Under the pieces are notes generated by a model. The model searched no databases. It saw nothing but the letters and a program-made list of their open reading frames with translations, and had not been told where the DNA came from. A DNA stretch of 63,927 nucleotides, counting the filler, from Basidiobolus ranarum (Eukaryota), in assembly GCA_040143965.1 (NCBI GenBank). It is 36 parts of 36 records of this genome, joined end to end, with 100 filler letters (N's around TTAATTAATTAA, not from the genome) between each part and the next. Parts side by side here need not be neighbours in the genome. Positions count along the whole stretch, not along the records: positions 37,426 to 39,101 come from JASJQH010004573.1; positions 39,202 to 40,877 come from JASJQH010004574.1; positions 40,978 to 42,653 come from JASJQH010004575.1; positions 42,754 to 44,428 come from JASJQH010004576.1; positions 44,529 to 46,203 come from JASJQH010004577.1; positions 46,304 to 47,977 come from JASJQH010004578.1; positions 48,078 to 49,751 come from JASJQH010004579.1; positions 49,852 to 51,524 come from JASJQH010004580.1; 28 more parts are not named here. One strand, written 5' to 3'. Positions 37,426 to 51,731 of this stretch are shown here, one piece after another. Numbering within the stretch: the first letter of the stretch is position 1; each line of letters begins with the position of its first letter. The translations under genes and the position numbers were made by a program.

Positions 37426-39101
37426 AACCACCAATTCCTCTAATTCTCCAAACCACTTCCAACAGGATCCCAAATACTTTAACAGGTTATGAGCCCTGAG
37501 CTTGCACTCTCTGTAATATCTACTTCTCAAATTTATGGAACTTTTCCTTTTTCTGAAAAATTGGATGGGACCAACTATCAAGTTTGGAAAATTAAAATGA
37601 ATATGCTGCTGCAAGAAAAAGGACTTTGGGACACTGTTGTAGGAGAAGAAAACAATGCAAAACTATCTGAAACCAACGTATTGCTCCAGGTTAAAAAAGA
37701 ACAAAGTGCCGTCAACACAATTTGTCTTAATGTTAAAGACAAATTGCTAATTCAATGTTTAAGAGCTAAAACTGCCAAGAAGGTAGGAAAGCCTTGGAAG
37801 ACACCTACCAAACAAGTTCTGCTGTTTCTAAGAAGACAATTCTTTAACTTAAAGATGAAGCCAGGAGAAGACATTAAATCACTAATTAATAGAGTCACTA
37901 TTATAGTGGATGAAATGGCATGCATAGGAGTACCTACCACTGATCAAGATATCATAGTTACCGTCCTGAATAGCTTGCCACTCAAGTTTCAGAGCCTAGT
38001 AATGGCTCTAGAATCAAGAACTGAAATTTGCCCTTAAATTATGTATTTGGCGGACTTTGGGATAACAATCTATGCAAATCAGGACTCAACCAAAAGAATG
38101 AAGAAAATGCTTTAATAGGCTATGGGAAACCTTCCTATAAAGGTCAAAAGAACTTTAAGAAGAAGAGTAACACATTCTGTGATTACTGTAAAAGAACTGG
38201 CCATTTAAGCAAAGATTGTTTTAAAAGAATTGCAAAAGAAGAAAAACATACTGAATCTGGAAATGTAGTTACTACAGAAGATCACTTATTCATATCTGCT
38301 CTATCTATGACTACCAACAAGGATACTCAGACATGGTATATTGATTCTGGAGCTTCCCAACATTTCACAAATGAAAAACAATGGTTTGTGGAATATGAAG
38401 AAATCCCAATTGGAAAGGTTTTCATATGAGATGACTGCACATTGGATGCTATTGGAATGGGAACAATTCAAGTCAATTTAACTGGAGCTTATGAAGAGAA
38501 AGTTTATACTTTCAAGGATGTACTACATGTTCCAGATATTGCCAAAAATTTAATATCTGTGTTCAAGGCTATCTCAGAAGGGCTAAAATTCAATTTTGAT
38601 AAGTCAGGATGCACCATCACTGATCAAAATGGGAATTATTTAGCTTTGGGAGAAAAGGATCAGAACTTATACAAACTTACATATAATCCAAGAGGTTTAT
38701 GTGTAAATATAAGTTATTCCAATCAAGAAACTATTCAATTATGGCATAAGAGATTTGGCCATATTGGATTTGATTATTTGAGCAAAATGATCAAAAATCA
38801 CCTAATTTCTGGAATTCAAATTAACTGCCCAACCAAAATGGAAATTTGTGAGGGTTGTATATATGGAAAACAAGCCAGGCAACCATTCAAGAGCTCTGGT
38901 TTAATCAAATCTGTCAAAAAATTGGATCTAATTCATTCAGATTTGTGTGGACCTATGCAAAATTTATCTTTAGGTGGAAAAAGATATTTAATCACATTTA
39001 TTGATGATTATACAAGATACACTTGGGTCTACTTTATGGAAAGAAAAGAAGAAGCTCTCTCTATCTTTAGAGATTTTAAAACACTTGTGGAGACTGAAAC
39101 T
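37426..39101 (+). mobile_element. Copia element 5' region: LTR-B end, PBS, gag, protease, integrase
   Basis: PBS GGTTATGAGCCC at 37485-37496; KLDGTNYQVWK, CDYCKRTGHLSKDC, WYIDSGASQH, WHKRFGH, HSDLCGPM; only a few lesions. Confidence 0.95.
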
Positions 39102-39201
39102 NNNNNNNNNNNNNNNNNNNNNNNNNNNNNNNNNNNNNNNNNNNNTTAATTAATTAANNNNNNNNNNNNNNNNNNNNNNNNNNNNNNNNNNNNNNNNNNN
39201 N

Positions 39202-40877
39202 TGGAAAAATTGCTAAACATCTGAAACATTGAATAGCACTGACACTTGGCAAATAGCTGACTCTTGTAACCATTCACAATGAGAATAAGCTCTTGGATTT
39301 TGGCAAATTTTCATAAAGAATTTAGCCAACATATCTGAAACTTGCAGCCAACAAATGTCCTGCCACAAGTAGATGTGTTGTTGTTGCTTGAATTGATTAC
39401 CCCATGGCTAAAATGATTACACTGTGTGTCTTGATCTATCTCACCAAGAATTCTGTCTTGCAGCTTTCCTAAGAGTACTGTTGGATTATCACACAGACAA
39501 ATTAGTCCAAATTATAAAGGTACTTACTCTGTGGCAATGGATTGGGCTTTGTTGCTGTTATGGTGCTCAAACAATGCAAAAACCTATGAGCACATTGAAA
39601 AGAGCCCTTTGTTAGAAGGTTAATGTGCTCTGGAGTCTCCTTAACCCATTGCATTACATCTATTACTGATTTTGCTGATGTGTTGTTAATCAAAATAGCA
39701 TACTGTGTAGCATTGGAAATATTCCAATCATATATTGCGTGTAATAAGCAGGAAGAAAATTATCTATTGCTACCTTATAGTTTTTACCAATCAAGAAAAA
39801 GAACAAGAATATTCAATTGCTTATAGTTTCATCAATACTTCATACATTACAGTAGTGAAGCTGCAATCAAGCACTCCGGAATTAGAGCTTTGCAACCATG
39901 CAAGAATCATAAGATTTGATTAATTATTGGTAGAGCTACAATCACTTCAAAATTGCCAACATAAAAATTAACGCCAGCATATATTCAGAATATAGGAATT
40001 CAGGACCTCAAGATGCTCACAAAATTAGTGCTAACTATTGAAATCGCCAATGAATTCTTGGCAAATTTTGCACAGAACTGCAACAGTACTTGATGCTGAT
40101 ATGTTTAAAGTTTCAAAGCTGCAGCTGCTATCTTAGTGATTTCATTGGCACTCAATGCTAAGCCACCAACCCATAGCATTTATTCTCAGCCACTAATTTA
40201 TTGCATTTATTCTAAGCTGTTTCTTTATATAAGAAACCCTTCCCCCTGTTGAAAAAGCTTCTAGCCTTAGCACCATCCAGAACTGCACCATATTCTTTAT
40301 CCTTTCCTGAACTAGATATTCTACCCTGTATCATGGTAAGATAATAAAGATTCCTTCTGCAACTCAACTAGGCTTGACTATTTAAGATTACAGTACAGAT
40401 TCTTTCATAGTTATCTTTACTTTTACAGCCATAGAATATATCCAACTCTTAATGCAAGTCTTTGCCAATCCAAAAAGAACTATATCTACTTCTTCAGACT
40501 TCAAGTTAGAGAAACCAACAGAGTTATATCTACCCTTGTAGTATTGAGGATTTTTGATAGTCTTATTATCAGACATAATCTTTTTTCATAAAAGTCTTCA
40601 AGCTATTGACATACTAAAGTGTGTCTTTACCCTTCAAAGATAGAGTGAAGAATAAATCTCCTATTGATAAATTTAAGCTTACTGTATAGAAAATTCAGCT
40701 CTGCTGGAGATATGTAGTGGGATTAAGCTCTATTACTGAATATTTAAGTCAACACCCCTATCCCACACTACAATGGTAATTCTGATGATTTCACATGGGG
40801 CTTCATTTCACACAGTTGCACTCCATTGGAAACTCCCAGAATGTATAGCAAGGGCTTATAATCTCCAAGCATTGTGA
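39202..40877 (-). mobile_element. CACTA-type transposase fragment with nested LTRs: TGTAG...CTACA (39706-40772) containing TGTTGA...TCAACA (40247-40754)
   Basis: Transposase resumes colinearly on both sides; the inner LTR is flanked by CCCCC/CCCCT. Confidence 0.7.
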
Positions 40878-40977
40878 NNNNNNNNNNNNNNNNNNNNNNN
40901 NNNNNNNNNNNNNNNNNNNNNTTAATTAATTAANNNNNNNNNNNNNNNNNNNNNNNNNNNNNNNNNNNNNNNNNNNN

Positions 40978-42653
40978 AATACAATGGTGGGCTTTGATGG
41001 AGATAATGATACAAACTTGTGTTGGGTATGAGCTAAACCTTGGGTATGAATAACTCTATAAAAATATTCAGGAGAATATATCAAAAAGACTAGTGATTTG
41101 GAAGGTGACACGTTAGCATTCATGTAGTAATTATGTAAAATTTGAGTTATGTTTTTTGCATATTTGCCGGTCAATAGTTCTCTGAGGTTGCAGCCAATTA
41201 TGCACAACTATTTTGCAAGATCTTAAGTTTCACTCCTGAAACTGAAAAAATTGATTACAATCAAATCTAACTTGACAATTTTATGATGGTATATAAATGG
41301 TCAATATCAAATGGATTAAAATTGTGATGGTTTTCCTACAATAACAATCCTCAAATTTCTGTTAGGTAATGATCTATATTTGAGTGGCTTTATCAATACT
41401 TTCATATGGGGAATCAATGGTATGCAAGCCAAATATGAACAATATTTATATGATACAGTGATTGCCAATTTTGTGCAAACAGTACATGCAGTTAGTTCTT
41501 TCAGATCACTTGTAAAAGCCAAAAAATCCTTTGGATTTGAAATATTTTAATTACTGAAGGATAATAGTCATACAATTGACAAGAGCTTTCCCCTCGGACC
41601 ATAGCTGTGGCAAGCAACAATTGCCAATCAAATGTTGCAAAAGTGTGAGAAAGCCAATAAACAAGTGGTTGCCAAGATTGGATAGAACTATCTACTCCTC
41701 AATCATCAAAGCAGCTTCCATTACTGTAAGTGTTATGAGTGGTCTAATGCTTGCCTATAACAAGGATTTTGTAATAAAACCATTGTTTACTTCATCTTCT
41801 GATACAATGCCATCAATACAGGAATATCCAAGATTGACAACTGGCATCATGTCCTCAAAGTTGTCTGTACTTGCTGGTCTGACCAAAGTTGGATTTCTAC
41901 CTACATCATTCAGGTTATATAACTATGGCAACTCTATGGTATCTTGACTTACAGCAGTGTTATCAGAACTTTGAGGGAAAGCACAGTGGGTGGACTTAGT
42001 GGGCAAAACTCAAGTTGAATCTATGAACTTATTGCTATTGATATTCACAAGGCTTTTTGCAGCTGGTGGCTTTGCACAGTGACTATACTTATGATCTTTT
42101 TCTATGAAGCCTTCAGCTTTCACAGCACAAGAATGGGGGACAATAATATAGGGCCTGTTTAAACATTTGTGTTGCAGCATGAGAAGAATATTGTGGAACA
42201 AAGAATACCTCATATGTAAGGGAGGTATTATAAGCATATCCTATCAATATCATCAGCTGATTCTGAGATATTATCACAGACAAGTCATCAAGGGATTCAC
42301 AAGATATTTCCAGTAATAGAAGGCAATATTAGTGTATGATAAGCTAATTACAAGCAATTTTATTACATCAAGCTTACTATCAAAAACTTTTGATACCATT
42401 CAAAAAGTTTTCAAAATATGAATCAAAATTGGCTTTCAAGCAAACACCTGCTGGCACAAAAGGAAAAAACCAGCAAGAACAGAGGACTCAATTAATGAGT
42501 AGTCTAACTATCCACTATCCACCCTATCAAAGATAAAATTAATTTGGTCTGGATTGGATCCACCCTTTGGATTGGCAAAACTTTGAGTGAACCATCTCAA
42601 TATCTGTGGCTTGCATTATGCCAGGTATTTTAATGGTGAGACAGCATCTTCTT
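40978..42653 (-). mobile_element. Nested CACTA-type copies: left end (to 41367), transposase 5' (-), ORF2 start (+), right end from about 42521
   Basis: Termini motifs and similarity to other copies. Confidence 0.78.
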
Positions 42654-42753
42654 NNNNNNNNNNNNNNNNNNNNNNNNNNNNNNNNNNNNNNNNNNNNTTA
42701 ATTAATTAANNNNNNNNNNNNNNNNNNNNNNNNNNNNNNNNNNNNNNNNNNNN

Positions 42754-43307
42754 TTAACCTGCCAATAAAGGGCTCTTTTCAAAGAAATTTGCCAAAATCC
42801 AGGAGCTTATTCTCATTGTGAATGGTAACCAGAGTCAGCTATTTGCCAAGTGTCAGTGCTATTCACAATTTCAGAGGTATAGTAACTTTTCCATGGTGAG
42901 TTTGCTGGTAAAGCTTATTGATGTTGTTGAGTTAAGTCAAATTAGTCAAGTATGTGCATATGTGGAGACTACACACAACAAGATTCTTGTATTTTTTGAT
43001 TCTCATTATGGCTGGAATACAAAGCCATGGATATTAAATCAAATTCCTAAAACAGTCTACCCAGTAATTTGCCATTCAAAAATTATATTTTTTCAAAAAT
43101 AGCCTGATATTGAATAATGCATGTCAAATTTGAGGATCAATGTTTAAACATATATGAATACCATCAAAATACTCTCAAGAAACCACCATCACACCATCAA
43201 AATCCCTGGCAGAATGCAAGCCACCAATATTGGGATGGTTCTCTGATAGTTTTGCTATTTTGGAAGGTGGATCCAATCTGGATCAAATCAATTTTATCTT
43301 TGTTGGG
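42754..43307 (+). mobile_element. CACTA-type transposase 3' end and right terminus (decayed)
   Basis: SQVCAYVET.HNKILVFFDSHYGW; ends TCTTTGTTGGGG. Confidence 0.8.
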
Positions 43308-43522
43308 GAATAGCATCAAGAAGCTGTCATGGGTGGATCCAATCAGGATCAAATCAATTTTATTCATGTTTGTGCATTATGCCACTGTTTATTACGTTCT
43401 CCCTAGATATCTGCCTGATCAATATCAGACTAAATGTCAAATTGAAAATTCTTCTTCTGAAGCCACTTACTGCTTACTTCCACTGTGTTTTTCCATTCAT
43501 ACTCCCAAAAATACTCTTCAAG

Positions 43523-44428
43523 TATTGGGAAAATATGGGCTGCTTGGAGGAACTTTAGAAAAGTGGAGTTGTGAATAGCTTTGTGAGATAATTATATATT
43601 GTCCAGAAATAAAGCATTTATGCATTTTGGTGGAAATACAGAAAACTAACACTGGGGTTGTGTTCCAAACATCTGTGAGAGTAAAATGAGCTATTTGGGG
43701 CAATTTGGATGAGTATGAATTTTCCAATATGGAATTGCTAATTCTCACATTATTTACATATATATATAATATATGTTCCTATTTTCGGTTAAGTGATATT
43801 TGACTAAGTAATGTTAATAACTTATATGTGATATATGAAATAGTTAGGTGTATAAAGATAAAGATAACAAATATGATAAAGACAACAAACTTCAACATTC
43901 CCACTCAACTAAATATTCATATATCTCAGTCCTAGCTTAAATCTTAATTCTTCAAATTTTGGCTTGGGTAATGGCTTGGTAAGGATGTCAGCAAGCATGT
44001 CCTTGGTTGGACAGTACTGTAGTTAGACATGCTTATTCTCAATAGCTTCCCTAACAAATTGATGTTGAATGTCAATGTGCTTAATTCTAGCATGAAATTT
44101 GGGATTTTAAGCTAAAGAAATACAACCTTGATTATCTTTGAAAATTGTGGTGGGTGAACTTTGAAAAATTCTCAAGTCTTTGAACAGTTTCCTTAACCAC
44201 ATAGCCTCATTTGCTATATGTGATGCTGCCATGTACTCTGCTTCAGTTGTTGAAATTGCTATGGTGGGTTGTTTCTTGCTATTCCAAGATATGGCTGCTT
44301 CACTATGGAGAAAGGTATATGTAGTGATAGATCTTCTGTCCTCAATATCACCTCCCCAATCTGCATCACTAAACCCAATTAGATCCTTATTTTCATAAGA
44401 ATATGTGTATCTTAATCCCAGATCAATT
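43523..44428 (-). mobile_element. Copia RNase H, PPT and 3' LTR-C (43523-43897)
   Basis: SKKQPTIAISTTEAEYMAAS, KHIDIQHQFVRE; PPT GTTGAGTGGGAA; TGTTGAAGTTTG. Confidence 0.92.
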
Positions 44429-44528
44429 NNNNNNNNNNNNNNNNNNNNNNNNNNNNNNNNNNNNNNNNNNNNTTAATTAATTAANNNNNNNNNNNNNNNN
44501 NNNNNNNNNNNNNNNNNNNNNNNNNNNN

Positions 44529-45870
44529 AACACTTGTCAATTGTTTGACTTGAAATACTTCAGTAATTAAACTACCTTTATGTCTAAATGGTTGTTTGGC
44601 TTTCACTGGTGATCTGAAAAACCTGAAGTCATATCCTGTTTGCACCAAATTGGCAATCACTAAACAGGTAAATATTTTTCATATTTAGCTTGTATACCAT
44701 TGATTTCCTGTCTTCAATTTTTGATAGTACCACCCAAATATTGATCATTGATCCATTACTAAAGTACTCACCAGAGAGCTGATGGTATGACTTTTATACT
44801 TGAAGAATATCACTACCAGAATCTAAAAACTCAAGGTTTCTTTGAGAACAAATATGATCATGCACTTGCATTAGCTATGGATGATTTCTCACTAAACAAA
44901 TATGCCATTGGAAAGGCTTGCTGGCCAATAATTTTAATTAAATTAAATCTTCTTCCTTATGAGCAGTTTAAAAGTTATAATACTTTGATATTATTAATCA
45001 AATCTGGACCTAAATCAACAGTTCTTGTAGATAGCTTCTTAGAGCCTTTGATTGTGGAATTTGAATGGTTATCTAATGGGGTTCAGGTGGGTGAATATTT
45101 TTCTAAAGCCAATATCATTGTAAGTATTGGTGACACTCCTGCCATCAGTAAACTTGTAGCTTTTTGCAGGCACAATGCTCCGTCTTCTTGTAGATTCTGT
45201 CAGGTCAATGGAGTTTACTCTACCTGGCATACACATTATTAATATCCAAATAGAACACCAAACTCCATGATTTTGCCATCAAAAGCTGGCTCAGATTTGA
45301 ACATGATCACTGATATCTTTTGACCAAGTAGTCAGTCCAACATCAAACTTGGGATTAGGTGTAAGCCTAAGATTATTTTGCTAAAGGGGATCAGCTGGAG
45401 CCAGTGCTTCCCATTAGGCACTATGCACTTGCTTTTTAACAATATTCAAATACTACTTACTCTGCTATATAGTAGAAAATTCAATATGAGTGAGCCATTC
45501 TAGATAGGATCAAAGTTTAAATTGATTGGAAAAATGCTTGAAAATTTCAAGATACCATGATTTTTTTTCAAGACTCCCATCAATATCCACTCATCTAGGT
45601 GTTTATTCAAATATAAAGATTGGAAGTATTGTCTTTGTATATATCCAAGTGAAATTGTTAAAGGATTTCTGCCTGATAAGTATTGGCAACATTGCAAGTT
45701 GTTTGTGGATATTGTTAATATATTCTTATGGTATCAACTCATATTGGCAGATCTCAGACAAATACAGCAAATGTGCAAGTTTTTGTAATTGGATATGAAA
45801 AACTTTATTACTGGTTTAAAGAAGATAGACTGAATCTATGCAGATATTTAATAAATTTCCTGCTGTATCT
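44529..45870 (+). mobile_element. CACTA-type transposase catalytic core remnant (followed by LTR-B, 45871-46203)
   Basis: ALAMDDF..WPIILIKLNLLP..F...SGPK...DSFLEPLI.E...L.NG...GDTPAISKL..F..HNA...CRFC. Confidence 0.9.
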
Positions 45871-46303
45871 TGTTGAAATTAGCATTGCATAAACACCTAT
45901 ATAGTCATATATAACTTAGTAATTAGTTATCTTATAATTTACTAACATATTATCAATTATTGTCAGTTGGATTTACTTAGAATATTTTTACCAACTAAGA
46001 AGTTCTTAGATATATAGATTTTTCAAACTTGTGCTAGAAGCCCCAAACTTTGCACACATATTGCTGGGACCTTCCTTAACATATTCTACACATTAGTTTG
46101 TTTACATCTTGACAAAACTATAAATGTCAACTTTCTACTAAATAAATCAATAAGTGAAAACCACCAATTCCTCTAATTCTCCAAACCACTTCCAACAGGC
46201 TCCNNNNNNNNNNNNNNNNNNNNNNNNNNNNNNNNNNNNNNNNNNNNTTAATTAATTAANNNNNNNNNNNNNNNNNNNNNNNNNNNNNNNNNNNNNNNNN
46301 NNN

Positions 46304-47977
46304 GGAGGTGGGTAAGCTACAAGATCACTCTATGGACTTAAACACTCACCCAGGGCCTGGTGCACTAAGATAGACACATACTAGGAATCACTTGATTTCC
46401 AAAAGAGTACAGCAGATTTTGAGATTTACTTTAAGACAGATAATGACAGTAAGGTGATACTTGCCTTATAGGTAGATGAACCGATTATAGCTACCAATAA
46501 TGATGAAGCTCTCAGGAACACCAAAAGAGATCTATCAATCCAATTCAAGATTACCAATTTAGATGAATTTTATACTTTTTTAGGCCTGTAGATCCATACA
46601 GATATATTGAAAAAATCTGTTACTCAGAGTCAATCTAAATATATCTTTGACATTCTCAGATGCTACAGGATAGAGAATTGCAAGCTAGTAGCAACTCCCA
46701 CGGATCCAGGTGTGCAACAAGTCAAAAATCACATCAAAAATGATGAAAATTGGCCAAATATGGATCAAAACATGTCATTTGAAAGCCCTGAGTTCCCTTA
46801 TCAATCTATGGTAGGTAGTCTGATTTACAGTATGACTGGAACCTGGCCAGATATCTCTTTTGCAGTGGGAGTAGTTAGCCAACATGTGCAAACCCCAGGA
46901 TATGAGCATTATGTAGCAATTAAGTGGATCTTCAGATATTTGAAGGGGACAGTTGATCTGGGATTAGGATACTCATATTCTTATGAGAATAAGGGTCTAA
47001 GTGGGTTTAGTGATGCAGATCGGGGATGTGATATTGAGGACAGAAGATCTATCACTCGATATACCTTTCTCCATAGTGAAGCAGTGATATCTCTGAATAG
47101 CAAGAAACAACCTACTGTAGCACTTTCAATAACTGAAGAAGAGTATATGGCAGCATCACATACAACAAAGGGGGCTATGTGGTTAAGGAAACTGTTCAAA
47201 GACTAGGGCATTTTTCAAAGTTCACCCACTGTAGTTTTCAAGGGTTATCAAAGTAGTATTTTTTAAGCTAAAAATCCCAAATTTCATGCTAGAAGTAAGC
47301 ACATCGACATTCAGCATCACTATGATAGGGAAGCTATTGAGAATAAGCACATCCAACTGGAGTACTGTCCAACTGAGGATATGATTGCTCAAATGCTTAC
47401 CAAACCATTGCCCAAGCCCAAATTTGAAGAATTAAGATTTAATTGAGTTGTTTTCTTTATCATATTCGTTATCTCTATCTTGATACACCTAATTATTTCA
47501 CATATCACATATAAGTTAGTTAACATTACTTAATCAAATATCACTTAGCTGAAAATTCAACATATATTATATATATGTGTATAATGTGAGGATCAGCAAT
47601 TCAATATTGGATATTTTAAACTTGTCCAAATTGCCCCAAAGATAGCTCATTTTACTCCCACAGATATTCTGAACACAACCCCAGTGTTAATTTTCTGTAT
47701 TTTTTGCAAAATGTATAAATGCTTTATTTCTGGACAAATAATAATTATCTCACAAAGTTATTCACAACTTCACTTTTCTAAACTTCCTCCAAACAGCCCA
47801 TATTTTCCCAGTAGGTTATGAGCCCCATGTTCTAATCTTTACAGCATGACAGAAACCACTACAATTACCTTTATTAACTCAAGTGTTGAAAAGCTTGATG
47901 GAGAAAATTACAATTTCTGGAAGTTTAAGATGCAAATCATGCTGGAAGACAGGGAGCTTTGGGATGTAGTCTCTGGA
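46304..47977 (+). mobile_element. Copia RT/RNase H - LTR-C - PBS - gag junction
   Basis: LYGLKHSPRAW, YQSMVGSL, FSDAD..D..DRRS, KHIDIQHH; LTR about 47447-47813; GGTTATGAGCCC at 47814-47825; KLDGENYNFWKFKM. Confidence 0.9.
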
Positions 47978-49851
47978 NNNNNNNNNNNNNNNNNNNNNNN
48001 NNNNNNNNNNNNNNNNNNNNNTTAATTAATTAANNNNNNNNNNNNNNNNNNNNNNNNNNNNNNNNNNNNNNNNNNNNGACTATCCTAACAAAATAACTAT
48101 GAGGAGCTCAAGAGTAAAAGAGAATAGTGAGAGCGTGAACCAAAAAAACGAATGAAAAGGGGCAAACGGGGGAAGAGCAGGGAGGCTAAGGTTGCAGAGA
48201 TGGAGGGGCAACAAATACCAAGTAATGTGTACGGGGGAGTGGGAAACAGAGGCAGGGGCATGATGGTATATGGTATCTCTTGAGTGGCTCATTAAATGAG
48301 AGGTAGTTAGGTCGCTCAAGTGGGACATACATATGCTACATCACTTTAATTCTGCCAATCAATATGTTTTACCGTAATTAGACAGTACACCTTTGGTCTA
48401 ACCATTAAATAAGGTATGTGGTTTGATGTTTATTCCATATTTGAATCCATTTTAATAGTGGCTCTTACCGTAGTTGCTTATACTATAATAATATATAATG
48501 GAACATGTGATGACTCTCAGAATTCAGTAATTTCCCTTCATGCCTGTCTAATTACTATTATTATTACGAGCGTAAGGGATATATTAATTGCATCACTGAG
48601 TGCCTATGCATACTGAAGTAAATTGACTTCGTCACACTACTCAGATGCAACAATTGGTAAAAAGTGCTTTGTGTACTCCACTATGTTCATGCTATGATGA
48701 AGAACCCAAGTGAGCTATTATCGAAAAACAAGGGTGGATCTTTATCAGAGACGTAGTTACTAGTTGAGGATTTTCTCTTACTGGGTTGAAAGTAATGTTT
48801 GCTTCTCCAAAAGTTTGAATATGCCTCAGTTGCACATGACGATCCAATGATAAAACCCCTAGGCCTCATATCATCAAGTTTAAGGATTGAAAAGGGGATA
48901 TCGACAATTGTGTGCTGTTACGACAGCAAGGCAGCTGAAGAACTTGAATAGAGAACATCATCAAGTTCCTACACTCTTTTTCAGACTTCTATGAAGACAC
49001 GCTAGATATAAAATCAATATAATACATATATTTACCCACATGTTGTAGCCACTGCCCAGATTCTAAATATATAAATTAGATTGTTCCGCCTGTGTTGCGA
49101 ATCATGGAACTATTTACACTGCGTCGCTCTAAGTATCAGTGTATTCAGTAGTTGGTACAAATTCTGTCAATTATTGTATCTTCGAAACGTCAGTTAGTTC
49201 GGTTTACTTCTTGTATATGAGGCAGATTTTAAAGTTCTATAAACTAAGTCAAACCGAGATGCATAGATTCTTATACCCGCAGACCTTACTACTACCAGTG
49301 ACTATTTCAAAAGCGAAGAGTGCAGGTACTAATTCAATACTGGAAAGATCAAGTTTTTCTTTGGAGGTTAAAAGAAAAGGACGAGAAATACCAAGCGCAT
49401 GCATATAAATTTAAGCCGAACAATGCTATGTTTCCATAGCCTCTTTTTTAATAGTCCATACAAAAGCTTATGGATATATGTTATAGAGGCATCAGTGAAG
49501 ATAGTTTGTTTAAATTATTTTCAGTCAATGAATATTGAATCTGGTTTTGGCACCAAGTCTAGAGCTGCTGTTTGTCACCTCAGGATTTTCACCTGTAGCT
49601 GAGGATCACCGTTACTTTAGCCGATAAATTGCTATCATTAGATTTTGAGTGCGTGAAATTGGAGAACGTCCAAAATAATCACAAGGCTCTTGTTCAGAGA
49701 CACTCAAGTTCTCGAAGTGGTTCTCGCTAAGTCGAGGAGATGAGGGAGCAGNNNNNNNNNNNNNNNNNNNNNNNNNNNNNNNNNNNNNNNNNNNNTTAAT
49801 TAATTAANNNNNNNNNNNNNNNNNNNNNNNNNNNNNNNNNNNNNNNNNNNN

Positions 49852-51524
49852 GTTGGGGATATATTGGCTGAATTCTTTATGGAAGTTTGCCAAAATCCAA
49901 GAGCTTATTCTCATTGTGAATGGTAACAAGAGTCAGCTATTTGCCAAGTGTCAGTGCTATTCCAAATTTCAGATGTTTAGCAATTTTTCCACCATTAGTT
50001 TGCTGATAAAGCATATTGATCTTGTTGATTTATGTCTAATCAGTCAAGTATGTGCATATGTAGAGACTTAACATAACAAGATTCTTCTATTTTTTGATTC
50101 TCATTATGGCTGGAATACAAAGCCTAAATTATCTAAGTAAAGGCATGCATATTCATTCAAATTCCTACAGCAGTAAACCCAGTAATATGCATTTTGAAAA
50201 TTAAATTTTTGCAAAAATTGCTGGATATTGAATAACGCATGCCAAATTTGAGGATCAAAATGACAACATGTTTGAATACCATTAAGATACTGTCAAGAAA
50301 CCACCATCACACCATCAAAATCCCTGGCAGAGTGCAAGCCAACAATATTGAGACAGTTCACTGATGGTTTTGCTATTTTGGAGGGTGGATTGGGTCTGGA
50401 TCAAGTCAATTTTATTTTTGTTAGGGTACTTGAGTCAGTTTCTGGCATGTTAATGCTTTCCAAAGTGGATAGTTGATTGCTAGACTGCTCATCAATTAAG
50501 TCCTCTGTTCTTGCTGGTTTTTTTCCTTTGGTGCCAGCAGGCTTTGCCTTGGAAGCCAATTTTGACTTAGATGTTGAACACTTTTTGAATGGCATTGAAA
50601 TTTTCAGATGGTACACTTGGAGTAATGTAATTGCTTAAAAAGAGCTGATGAAACACCAAAAATGTCATCCAATACTGCAAATATCTTGTAAATCCCCTGA
50701 AGACTTGTCTGTGACACTGTCTCAGAATCAGCTGATGATATTGATGGGATATACCTGAAATACCACCCTTACATTGGAGGTGTTCTTTTTTCTACAATAT
50801 CCTTCTCATGCTGCAACACCAACATTTAAAGAAGCCCCCCTAGTATTGTCACAAACCCTTGAGCTATGAAAGCCAGAGGCTTCATAGGAAAAATAATTAC
50901 CAGCACACTCACTGTACAAAGCCACCAGCTGCACAAAGCCTGGCATAGAACAACAGTAATAATTGCACTAAGTTGACTTTAGTTTTGACAATTGAGTCCA
51001 CTGACTGTAGTTTGCCTCAAAGTTTTGGTAACACTGCCAAAAGTCAAGACACCATGGAGTTACCACAGTTATATGACCAGAATGATGTAGGTCAAAATGC
51101 AACTTTGGTCAAACCAGTAAGTCCGGCAACTCTGAGGACTTGCTGCTAGATGTTGACCTTGGTTATTCTGGTACCAATGGTGGTATATCAGAGGTTGAAG
51201 AAGATGATGATGGTTTGTTACAGACTCTTTGTTATTGGCAAACATTAGTTCACTCATAACTCTTACTGCAAAGGAAGCAACATTGATTATTGAGGAGAGG
51301 AGAGTTCAATCCAATCTTAGCAACCAGGTGTTTGTTGGTTTTCTTACACTTTTACCACAGTTGATTGGCAACTGTTGCTTGCCACAGACCTGGCACAAGT
51401 GGAAAACACTTGTCAATTGTATGACTTATAATCCTTTAGTAATTAAACTACCTTCATGTCCAAATGGTTGTTTGGCTTTCACCAGTGATCTGAAAATCTG
51501 AAGACATTTACTGTTTGCACACAG
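49852..51524 (+). mobile_element. CACTA-type right end (to 50426) inserted in ORF2 of a second copy; divergent ORF2 (-) and transposase (+) starts
   Basis: ORF 50401-50616(-) MPFKK..SKSKLASKAKPAG; transposase CPNGCLAF on plus. Confidence 0.85.
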
Positions 51525-51731
51525 NNNNNNNNNNNNNNNNNNNNNNNNNNNNNNNNNNNNNNNNNNNNTTAATTAATTAANNNNNNNNNNNNNNNNNNNN
51601 NNNNNNNNNNNNNNNNNNNNNNNNAATTTATTTTAAAAAGTTTAATCCAAGATGAAGTTCGGGTTTGGAAAATAATATTTTAAAAAGTTTTGTCTGGATT
51701 TTGAGATTCGAGATAAAGTTTGGTCTAGAGT

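Noticed and set aside
48078-49751. Unique CpG-normal contig with several short ORFs
   Set aside because: No recognisable motifs; looks intergenic or promoter-like.
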